Assembly: GCA_000165345.1 (NCBI GenBank) | Contig: CM000431.1 | Location: 352,001 to 416,000 of the forward strand | DNA: 64,000 nt | Reading direction: 5' to 3' | Shown here: positions 22,536 to 31,755 of the stretch, piece by piece | Layout: each line of letters begins with the position of its first letter | Position numbering within the stretch: the stretch's first letter is position 1 | Notes under the pieces: model-generated | Databases searched by the model: none | Told to the model about the DNA's origin: nothing | Seen by the model: the letters and a program-made list of their open reading frames with translations, nothing else | Position numbers and translations under genes: made by a program

Positions 22536-23081
22536 ATCATCTAATTAATTAAACGATACCCGCAGATTTGCCGCCTTAATTTGGGCGGTAATGTGCCCCC
22601 TCGGAACATTCATAAATAGGGAAGAGTATAGATTAAAGGAACAGCTAAGAAAAAATAGGGATTTTTTTTTCTTAAATCAATTAATACTTAGAATTAAGGA
22701 AATACTAAAGTGTTGCTACTAATGTTGCCGTTCAATAAATAAATCTTTTATTAAACAACAACTGGTGTTATAATAAAGAAAACTTTCTTTTATCTATCTC
22801 TAACTCCTTACTGCAAAGTTGATATACCATATAAAATTAACATCGTCCCTCCGTACCAGCATCCAAGAGTGTATATCTCATGGAAGTTCGTATTACAATA
22901 ACATGTATCTGACTCAATATAATAGTCTTCCTAGATAAATAGCAAGTATAAGCTAATATATTATGTCTTAGAATTAGAGCTCATATTCCTTCTCTTCCTC
23001 CCTTAGATAATCTCAACATGGCTCATGCTTAAGTGTAAATACAAACGTTACTGCGGAGTGAGCCATAGAGATAGACAGAAT

Positions 23082-23585
23082 TTATGCAGTTGGAACCTCA
23101 ATCTCACCTGCATCAATCATCTTTTGTAAATCAACTGGTTTTTGTCCATCTACAGTGCAACCAATTGCATTACATGTTCCGAGAATCTCCTTAACGGTAC
23201 CAGAAAATGCCTTAGCTCTTGACTTGAATTTCATTGCACGAGCAACAGAAATAACTTGGTTCATTGACAAGTTTCCGCTGTGCTTGATGTTCTTAACCTT
23301 CTTTCTGTCTCTAATTGGCTCCTTGAGCTCTTTAATCAACAAACATGTTGCAGTTGGGACAACATCAATCTTAGCCTGACGATTTTGAACAGTAAGCTTA
23401 ACACAAACCTTCATACCCTTCCAGGCAGCTGTACCCTTGGCAATATCATCACCAACTTTTTTTGGTGACATACCCAATGGACCGAGCTTTGGGGCTAAGA
23501 CAGATGTTGCTCCTACCTCACCTCCAAGTTGTCTGATGTACAAGTACTTGACTTCAGATGGATCTGCTTTACCTGCTGGTGGCAT
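23082..23585 (-). CDS. RPL12: 60S ribosomal protein L12 (uL11).
   Basis: ATG at 23585. [50 protein letters not shown] is near-identical in pattern to eukaryotic RPL12. Confidence 0.9.
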   Translation of the reverse strand: MPPAGKADPSEVKYLYIRQLGGEVGATSVLAPKLGPLGMSPKKVGDDIAKGTAAWKGMKVCVKLTVQNRQAKIDVVPTATCLLIKELKEPIRDRKKVKNIKHSGNLSMNQVISVARAMKFKSRAKAFSGTVKEILGTCNAIGCTVDGQKPVDLQKMIDAGEIEVPTA

Positions 23586-23925
23586 TGTGATTTACTACCC
23601 TAATTAAATAATCTGTACAAAAACTTGGAAAATTATCCCTAATTCAGTTTGTCTAAACTCTGGAGTTTCCTTTATTTGCCTCCCGTCTTTTTTAACTTTA
23701 ATAGTTAAATTGTTTGCCGCCCAGCTTCCCCGTCTACAATTACATTATAATAAATAATAAAGGTACTATATAAGTTGAATAACAACTTAATAATAAATCT
23801 AAAATAATAAATATTATAATTTATATTTAATAACAATTTTATTTTACATTATTTAACTCAATTAAATGGATAAATTACATTTAATATTTATATAAACAAT
23901 ATTAATAAAATTGAGTCAATGGTTT

Positions 23926-23931
23926 GGCGCC
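23926..23931. promoter_or_regulatory. GGCGCC element (GGTTTGGCGCCAAATAC) about 340 bp upstream of RPL12.
   Basis: Seen in the sequence. Confidence 0.45.
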
Positions 23932-24192
23932 AAATACTATTATTTATAGATTACTATTAAAGAATTTGAATAAATTTAAAATTCGAATTCAGTCAATAGA
24001 TAAGAACATAGACTTTCAGAAATAGCAAAAAAGAATCGAGTAGATAAGAACTTTAGATTTTGTATTACTAATATAGGGTGATCTTTCAGTAGTTGATTTA
24101 AATGCTAGCTAAATATATAGTTTTGTATTCAATAGATATTGAACTTTAATAAAGTTATATATGAATAAAGAAGATAATAAAACCAATAATAT

Positions 24193-25113
24193 CTAGTCAT
24201 CAGAGTCCTCGTCAAAATTATTAATAAGTAGGAGAGTATTTGGATAGAATCCAATTTCACTTATAGTGATCTCTTTATCTGCATATGAATCGTCAATTTC
24301 CACTGACTTAGAGTGAGGGAGCCTTAAAGAAAATTTATCAGAAATTAAGTTGTTTTTGTCCAATGCAAGAGAATCAATCCATTTAAATATCTCATACACA
24401 GAGTCGTCTTTATGGAAATTTCTTTGAAACTTTTTCCCTGCTGAGTTTTTCACACAAACTCTAGAGAGACTTTCTTGTTCGATATCTCTATCTTGTTGAA
24501 ATTCAGCTTGTAATTTTTCTCTTCTTTCTCTAATCAAGTCCTTAGTTCTTTTTTTCTCTAATGCCTTTTCTTGTTTCATAGAATCCAAATTTAAAGATCT
24601 CATATACTCAAGATCTTGTTCTTCTCTAATTCTTCTAGCTTCCTCAATCTGAACTTGTTCAATTTGAGAAATAACTGATCTATTGAAATTTCTTATAGAT
24701 ACATTATCTTGAGCTCTATTATTTAGATTTGGAACACAAAATAAAGTTTTAAAGAATCCAAAGATTGCACTTAGACTTGTTCCACAGACTGACAAAAACA
24801 TCTTAAAACATTTTTTAAGCTTCAAAGTGTTTAAGTGTTTTCCTTCATTAGTCTGATCAATATTTGTTTCCTGTTGCTCATTCAAATTTTCATATTGATT
24901 TACTGTTATATTATTAGTATTAACTTGTTCAGTAATATTAAAATTATTACCTTCATAAACATTTGCATTTTGTTGCTCATAATAAAGAGATATTGCATTC
25001 TCTAAATCCCAGTTCGTTGATTCTAAAATTGTTCTACCTGTTGTAATATCACAGGTTGTGATCTCACAGAAAGCTTGTAGCAATTCAGTTTGGCCTTCTG
25101 AAATTTCTGTCAT
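24193..25113 (-). CDS. UBA-like/UBX domain protein (FAF/UBXD8-like p97 adaptor).
   Basis: ATG at 25113. The N-terminus is UBA-like (LLQAFCEITTCDITTGRTILESTNWDLENAISLY), followed by a coiled-coil middle. The C-terminal beta-grasp/UBX-like region is FQRNFHKDDSVYEIFKWIDSL...FSLRLPHS. Confidence 0.6.
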   Translation of the reverse strand: MTEISEGQTELLQAFCEITTCDITTGRTILESTNWDLENAISLYYEQQNANVYEGNNFNITEQVNTNNITVNQYENLNEQQETNIDQTNEGKHLNTLKLKKCFKMFLSVCGTSLSAIFGFFKTLFCVPNLNNRAQDNVSIRNFNRSVISQIEQVQIEEARRIREEQDLEYMRSLNLDSMKQEKALEKKRTKDLIRERREKLQAEFQQDRDIEQESLSRVCVKNSAGKKFQRNFHKDDSVYEIFKWIDSLALDKNNLISDKFSLRLPHSKSVEIDDSYADKEITISEIGFYPNTLLLINNFDEDSDD

Positions 25114-25510
25114 TTATATATTTATATATAGGAAGTAAACCCTATCAGTTTGTGTTTAAAGTAAAAAAGAAAAAAATAGTTTGTTAGAGATGTTCGGTAT
25201 TAAAGAATATTCACCAAAAGACTTTGTAGACAGATTTTAAATCATAGAATAACAAATATTCTGTTAACCCACACAAATTCTTGCTCAGTTTTATCTACAA
25301 TACCATCCAAATCAATCAAATGATCAAACTTCTTTTTCTATGTATTACTGTTTTTCTCCACTTTGAAAATACAATCACTACGTGTTAGTTATATTTATAC
25401 AAAAGTACTATACTAACATATATAATACTTTTTTATTTGGAAAAAAAAAATCTTACAATAATTATTTAGTTTTATATATTACTTAATTATTCTAATATAC
25501 AATTAGTTTT

Positions 25511-25516
25511 GGCGCC
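25511..25516. promoter_or_regulatory. GGCGCC element (TTTTGGCGCCAAACACG) about 400 bp upstream of the UBX gene.
   Basis: Seen in the sequence. Confidence 0.4.
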
Positions 25517-25548
25517 AAACACGAACCAATAACATGCAATAATAAAAG

Positions 25549-26148
25549 TTACAAGTCAGGAATTAGCTTCTCTTGACTAATATAGGCATCATACACATGT
25601 TTTGTTGTAATGACTCTTTTATTTGAGCCACTGTCATTTAATTGTTTATTAATTTTTGCCATAAGCTCCAAAATAAAGAGCTTGGTAGCAGAAGAAATTG
25701 CCAAGGTAATTTCCTCTATATTCTCTGGAATATATTTACTTTTCTGATGAAGCATTGACTGTATATAGCTCAAACTATCTTCAATAGGCTCTCCATTTTC
25801 CACCCCCTCATTCAAATCCAAATACCCAGAACTCACTAAATAACTAAGAATTATTGATTTTTTAAAACCTGAATTTCTACAATTTTGAATTGTGGAATCC
25901 ACCTTTTCTATTCCAGTTACATTACTCCCCTCCCCAGCCTTATATGATATGTAATCTAAGACTAAGTCAACCATTTCATTGCTTAAAATCCCACTATCCT
26001 CGTTTTCTACTACTCTACTACTTGTGGTGTTCATACTGTAATCTTTGACTGCTCCAGAGTATTCCATCTCCTCATCCATATTGAAAACATCCTCATTTGA
26101 TGTTTGAGAAGATCCAGGAGATAATTCATCAAACCCGTCCCCCACCAT
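25549..26148 (-). CDS. Histone-fold protein of the H2A-like NF-YC / NC2-alpha / POLE4 / CHRAC1 class, with a ~130-aa acidic N-terminal extension.
   Basis: The track M at 26160 is a TTG; the first ATG is at 26148. The C-terminal IEEITLAISSATKLFILELMAKINKQ...NKRVITTKHVYDAYISQEKL matches the LF(I/V)(L/E)EL ...KR.T....D fold signature of this family. Confidence 0.5.
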   Translation of the reverse strand: MVGDGFDELSPGSSQTSNEDVFNMDEEMEYSGAVKDYSMNTTSSRVVENEDSGILSNEMVDLVLDYISYKAGEGSNVTGIEKVDSTIQNCRNSGFKKSIILSYLVSSGYLDLNEGVENGEPIEDSLSYIQSMLHQKSKYIPENIEEITLAISSATKLFILELMAKINKQLNDSGSNKRVITTKHVYDAYISQEKLIPDL

Positions 26149-26343
26149 TCTTTTTACCAAAAATTTTTATAAACTTAGTCACTTAACAGCTAATTCTTCA
26201 AAAATGATAACTTCCTTTTAATAAGTTCTTGTAAAATCTGCTATATTTAATTATGCAACTTTTCTGCAATTGAAATTTGAACAGCTCAATTTTATTAATA
26301 TTCAAACTGAAGGCAATAATAATAATAAAATATATTGACATTA

Positions 26344-26358
26344 GGCGCCACTTTCATG
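26344..26358. promoter_or_regulatory. GGCGCCACTTTCATGTA composite element about 200 bp upstream of the histone-fold gene.
   Basis: Seen in the sequence. Confidence 0.4.
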
Positions 26359-27039
26359 TATTTTGATTATTGCAAGAATTGGCAAAAAAAAATTATTCAA
26401 GGTAAAAATCTACACACATGCATACGTGGGATTATCAATTTTAATATTAATAAAAATGAATCAATAAATCATAAAAATAAACTCAATAAGTTCTTTTTTT
26501 TATCATTCCTTTTAAAATTGGAGTGTATGCAAAAAGTCTTACATGGTATTTAGTTGGATTTTCTAACCTGTTTAATATAAAAAAGACTTTAAGTAGATTT
26601 TAATTCCTCTTCTTCCTTCCCCATAAATATATTGCATTTCAATTAAATCTTATGTAAAATAAACAAGAGGTCATAGTAGTAATACTAAGAAATGATTGTT
26701 TAACACTTAATCAGAAATTTTTTTTTCCCCCAAACATTTTTAAATAGTGAATATTTTTGTGTGCAATTAAATAAATCACTATATGTGTGATTAAATGTGA
26801 ACCCTCAACAAGTGATAAATGCACCTAATTAGAATTATAATAAGAGAATTTTTTAGGGAGACTTAACATTTAATAAACTTGAAGAAAGTGTATTTCTCGT
26901 ACTTGGAAACTATTTAAAAAACTCAACTCAATATTATTGAGGAATAGTACAAACTCTGGAGTAACTTTGTAGATATTAGATATTTCACACTTTATTTAGC
27001 AGCCAAACTGAGCTCAAGACCATTTATGGAAGTTAAAAA

Positions 27040-28584
27040 ATGAGAAATTCCCATTTTCTAGGGTTTCTCTTATTACTCCTATTAGTGCTTTCAAAGCAAG
27101 GAGAGGCATTAAAGGTAAAGAGCTTTTTTTTCGGCTTGGGAGGTGGAGATAAGAAAGAAGAGAAGAATGAAAATAAGCAAGAACAGGGGCCCAAATCAAC
27201 ACAAGATACTAACGGAATAAACCCAGCTGCAGGAGTATCCAAATCAGAAGGGAATCCACCTGAAAATTCTTCCAAGCCACCAGAAGAGGCTAAAAAACCC
27301 GAAGGAAGTCATCCTGAGGAAAAACCACCAGTAGAGGCTAAAAAGGCTGAGGGAGGCCATTCTGAAGAAAAGCCACCAGAAAATCACCCTCCTGCAGAGG
27401 GGGGAGAACCAAAACAAGACAATTTACCATTTATTCCTAGTCCACCACCACCACCTCCTTCAATAGCTCCAGAACATGAGCCAGAGCACCCCCCTTCTTC
27501 TTCCCCTCCTCCTCCTCCTCCTCCTCCTCCTCCTCCTCCATCAGGATGTAGCTGTGGCAACGAGAAGCCTCTTTCTGATTGTTGTCATGAAACCGTTTAT
27601 GGTGAGAAGAAAACAGGAGAAAAAAGAAATGCTACAATTACTGGAACAATTACTGGAACAATTACAGATTCAGTATTAACAGCAAAAACAGGAGATGAAA
27701 TAACTGTTAAGCATAATTCTGATAAGCCAACTCCTGAATGTGAACGTTCTAATAAGCAATCTGTTACTACAGTAACTCATGAAGCTCATACAAATCTTCA
27801 TTCTGTACAAAGTGGAAAATTACCTTCTCTTGAAGCATCCCCAAATGTTGGTAAAAGTAAGTTTCCCAATGGAGCCAACTTTATTCCTCTTGTATTGGAT
27901 GCCAATACGGGCCAATATGGAGTTGAACTCAAGACCATGGATTTGCTTGTTACAGGCCAGGATGAAAAAATTAAACCTTTCGATATGTTAATTCCATTCG
28001 TCAATGAAAGCGGTCAAATTAAATTTGTAACTAGAAGGAGATTAAGGCAATTAGTCAAATCTGGTCTTTCAAAAGGTTTCTTAGAAGGTGTTCCTCCATT
28101 TACTCAAGAAGCTATGGTTGAAGGTGCAGCTGAACCAAAAGAAAATAATGAAGAAAAAAATAATGAAGAAAAGAAGAGTGAAGAAAAAAATGATGAAAAG
28201 AAGCCAGAAGAAGAAAAGAGCTCAGAATCATCTGCTGCAGAAAAAGGTAAAGAAGCTGCAAACAGTGCAAAAAGCCTACTGCAAGAGGCTGAAACTGTTC
28301 TTACTGGAGGATCTCTATTTGAACCCTCTGAAAAGAAGGAAGATGATAATAAAAAGGAAGAAAAGGATGACAAGAAAGATGACGATAATAAAAAGGATGA
28401 TGAAAAGGCTGAGGAAGGTGAATCTAGCTCAGAGAAAAAAGACTCCAGCGAGTCAGAAGAAACCTCTGAATCGTCAGGTAGTGAAACATCAAAATCTTCA
28501 AAATCGGATGATGTTGATAGTGCAATGGGAGCACAAGATTCTGCGAGTGTACATGCATCAGAAGAGGAAGAGGAAGAGGAGTGA
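27040..28584 (+). CDS. Secreted low-complexity glycoprotein-like protein. It has a signal peptide, Pro-rich repeats, polyproline, a Cys cluster, a Thr-rich repeat, and a K/E/D/S-rich tail ending in poly-Glu.
   Basis: ATG at 27040. MRNSHFLGFLLLLLLVLSKQGEA is a signal-peptide-like N-terminus. Repeats are KKPEGSHPEEKPP / KKAEGGHSEEKPP. A run of about 14 Pro is encoded by (CCT)n. The Cys cluster is SGCSCGNEKPLSDCCHETVY. TITGTITGTITDS carries potential O-glycosylation sites. Confidence 0.65.
   Translation: MRNSHFLGFLLLLLLVLSKQGEALKVKSFFFGLGGGDKKEEKNENKQEQGPKSTQDTNGINPAAGVSKSEGNPPENSSKPPEEAKKPEGSHPEEKPPVEAKKAEGGHSEEKPPENHPPAEGGEPKQDNLPFIPSPPPPPPSIAPEHEPEHPPSSSPPPPPPPPPPPPSGCSCGNEKPLSDCCHETVYGEKKTGEKRNATITGTITGTITDSVLTAKTGDEITVKHNSDKPTPECERSNKQSVTTVTHEAHTNLHSVQSGKLPSLEASPNVGKSKFPNGANFIPLVLDANTGQYGVELKTMDLLVTGQDEKIKPFDMLIPFVNESGQIKFVTRRRLRQLVKSGLSKGFLEGVPPFTQEAMVEGAAEPKENNEEKNNEEKKSEEKNDEKKPEEEKSSESSAAEKGKEAANSAKSLLQEAETVLTGGSLFEPSEKKEDDNKKEEKDDKKDDDNKKDDEKAEEGESSSEKKDSSESEETSESSGSETSKSSKSDDVDSAMGAQDSASVHASEEEEEEE
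27505..27540. repeat. (CCT)~12 trinucleotide microsatellite encoding polyproline.
   Basis: Seen in the sequence. Confidence 0.9.
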
Positions 28585-28836
28585 ATAGCTTTATAGGTAT
28601 GATAATAGAGGTTGTGCCTAAAAACGTTGTCAAAGAAACATATATTTAAAGTCTAAAGACATTACACTAAAATCAGCACTTTTAAAATTAGTATATATTA
28701 GGTTTTAAGATTCAATACAAGTAAAGTCAACTAGTAGCAAAATAGACTTGTAATATAACTACTTACTTATAAGTTAAATGTTTATATTTACAAAAAAACA
28801 CAAATCTCTAAATTTAGAGAATTCTGTTTAATTCTT

Positions 28837-30603
28837 CTACTGTAGATCATTGATTGAAAGCCCATCAAGTAACTCAGAAATGTCAACTTGTTGTGAAAAC
28901 TCATCATCATGATCTTGTTGGTACCCTTCGTCATCCATAATCATATCATCAGATTCAAATTGGCCTTGTGATTGATTCTTTGAGAGTTTATCTTTTTTAA
29001 CAAGGTGTCTGGGTTTTCTAGCCTTTTGATAAATTTCTCTGGATGATTCTTGTATTCTTGGATCCCAATATAAATTAACATCACGTCTCATTTCTGAATC
29101 TTCTTCAAGTTCTGCTTTGAATTGTTCAAGATCTTGGTTAAAGCTACTCTTAGAATTTGCATTGTCAAAAGCAAGCTGTTCTTTTGGAAGTCTTTGTAAG
29201 ACCCAAGGTCTTTGAATAGATGAATCAAGATTATTTTGATTTTTTCGGAAAACCTTCTTGACAAGAATTACATCATGGTTACGTTCTCTCCATTGAACAA
29301 ATTCTGAAATATCTTCAACAACACCAAAGTTATTTAGTGTTCTAAAATCATATCCAGAAACCCAGTCACCTGAATTCAAGTATGCTCCTAAATGGGTGGT
29401 TACTATTACACTAGAGTCTGGTATTCCTAAGTCAGACTCTCTGCAAACTTCAACCTCTGCAATACAAACTTTGTTATTCTTACCTTGGTTATGATCTGAT
29501 CCTACAGCTGAATGCTTCCCCGTGGTATTAATCCTTTCAACATTGAGAACATAAAAGTCAACTAGACTTGAACGTGATAACAATGGGATAAACGAGCTTC
29601 CATTAGATCCCGAATATTGCCAATACTTCTCTTTTGTAAGATCTGCTTCTCTTCCTGTGAAAGGATCTATAAGAGAAATTCTGTTAGTTATCTTCTTACA
29701 TAACAATAAAGATGAAATACCTCCTAAGAGTGATATACATAGATTCTTTGGAATAAAAACGACGTCATCTTTACAAATTGGACATAACTCAACAGAAAAT
29801 GTGAATTTGTTATTGTGAGTATTAGAGCTTAAATCTTGAGAAATAAGCTGTCTACTGTTTTTAACCTTGGATGCAAAATAATGAGTAATAAAGTCAACAA
29901 GCTTCTGAGCATGACTCTTCTGTTGAAACTGGAAATCCAATCCATCAGGTTTCTCAACAATATTAGACACTTTCTCATGTGCTCCATGCTTTAGAATAAG
30001 TTGTTCCAAGTACAAAAAGGTTCTCTTATGTTCTACTCTCTGACGAACTTGTACAACAGTATTCCAAGTATGAGGAGTAAAGCTCCTTCTACAATCATCA
30101 CATTGCTGAGCTTGCATAAAGAACTCAACTACTATACTCTGTTGAATAATTGCTCCATTCATTACCTCTTTTTGTATTGTACACTTAACCTTCAATCTTC
30201 TACTATGTGGCTCTGTCCAAATAAATGATGCATCTACCAGCCTAACAGTGTTCAAACCCTTTATTTTCTTCAAGCATAAAGCTAATAACTCTCTACTTTC
30301 TAACTGACAAGATACCCATGGAGGCTTTTGAAATCTCTCGCATTGCCTACAAAATGATATTATTGCTTGCCTAGAAATTCCTTCAGTTATATCAACTTCT
30401 GATCGAATACAATTTATACACATTCTAGATGGATTAATTTCTGTTGCAACTCCGCATACACAACAGTTCATATATTTAGGACGTTCTACCCTGTAGCTCA
30501 TCCCATCCATTTCTCCATAAACTGTTGCATTAGCATCCATATGCATTTGACTATTCTCCATACTACCTACCATCCTTCCACCATCATTACTATCAAACAT
30601 CAT
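28837..30603 (-). CDS. NMD3: NMD3, the 60S ribosomal subunit nuclear export adaptor.
   Basis: ATG at 30603. The N-terminal Cys clusters CCVCGVATEINPSRMCINCIRSEVDITEG...FCRQCERFQKPPW are diagnostic of NMD3. The length of 588 aa is typical. Confidence 0.85.
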   Translation of the reverse strand: MMFDSNDGGRMVGSMENSQMHMDANATVYGEMDGMSYRVERPKYMNCCVCGVATEINPSRMCINCIRSEVDITEGISRQAIISFCRQCERFQKPPWVSCQLESRELLALCLKKIKGLNTVRLVDASFIWTEPHSRRLKVKCTIQKEVMNGAIIQQSIVVEFFMQAQQCDDCRRSFTPHTWNTVVQVRQRVEHKRTFLYLEQLILKHGAHEKVSNIVEKPDGLDFQFQQKSHAQKLVDFITHYFASKVKNSRQLISQDLSSNTHNNKFTFSVELCPICKDDVVFIPKNLCISLLGGISSLLLCKKITNRISLIDPFTGREADLTKEKYWQYSGSNGSSFIPLLSRSSLVDFYVLNVERINTTGKHSAVGSDHNQGKNNKVCIAEVEVCRESDLGIPDSSVIVTTHLGAYLNSGDWVSGYDFRTLNNFGVVEDISEFVQWRERNHDVILVKKVFRKNQNNLDSSIQRPWVLQRLPKEQLAFDNANSKSSFNQDLEQFKAELEEDSEMRRDVNLYWDPRIQESSREIYQKARKPRHLVKKDKLSKNQSQGQFESDDMIMDDEGYQQDHDDEFSQQVDISELLDGLSINDLQ

Positions 30604-30708
30604 CGGGCTCGCTTTCTATAAATAGTAACTTCGCCCGGTCAATTTATCTCGAAATGTAAAGTTTAACTGGTCGGTCAATTTAAAGTCTTTTTTAATCAAA
30701 ATGTCTTC

Positions 30709-30776
30709 CCGCCTAAAAAATGACTATCCTTGTAGAAAATTATAGGGGGAATGTAATAATTGAACGTTTTGGCGGG
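30709..30776. promoter_or_regulatory. CCCGCC (30709-30714) and TTTTGGCGGGC (30767-30777) G-box/E2F-like elements 110-170 bp upstream of NMD3.
   Basis: Seen in the sequence. Confidence 0.4.
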
Positions 30777-31755
30777 CTTTTGCTTTTAGTTGGTTAAATT
30801 ACTAAAGAATAAAGTGGGTTTAGAACTAGTAAGGGTCGGAATGAAAGGGAAATAAAGGTAGAAAGAGAAGGAGCGATGTAGTGGATAGAATTTAGATTTG
30901 TTTTATAGATAGAGCTTCCGACTTGTTTATAGTACTTAGGTTATAGATCAAATTTATAGAAAAGGTATCTTAGTTTGTTAGGATATTGAAAACGATGCAA
31001 GTGACATAGCGGATGATTAAGGATATTCAGATTTTGGGTAATATTTTGGTGGCAATGGGAAGAGCTGCTAATTGAGAAATTTGGCAAAATTAGCGACGAT
31101 CTTGGCGAATAGAAACTGCTTCCAGTAATTTTAATGAGTGAAAATTGCTGGTTAAAATTTGGATGGGGGGAGGGGGTAAATTACATAATATACCTTATAT
31201 ATTTAATATCAAAAATATACTTGTGTATATTAATTTTTATATTAAGGTATACATTTATATATACAAATAAATATAAATGTATAAATATATATTTATTAAT
31301 ATTGTTATTGTAGATATATTTTGAATAATACAGTTTAATATTAATATTGTATGAATACTTAAGTTAAGTGTGCTGTTTATTAAAGATAGTTACTGATAGT
31401 AAATAGCAGTAAAACCTAAAGAGAATTAATTTTCAGGTAGAAATTGAAGAGAATCTTGAAAGGAGGAAAATTAAACACAAATTTGAAATTATAAAAATTA
31501 TAGAAGTTGCCAATACTGCAAGGTGAATTCTAATTATAATAATTGCAAGTATTCAAGAGGTTTCTCCATAGTATAGGGGAAGAAAGAGGTTGGTTAAATA
31601 ATATATAAAGTCAAACAAGACAAATAATACAGTGTAGAGAATACAGGAGATTTAAATATTTGTGAAAAATAGCTCAAAATAACGAGGAAGACAATAAAAT
31701 TGGTAGTAGAGAGAGGAGCCAAGATCCCAGGACAGGAAGCAATAAGAGGCGTAAG

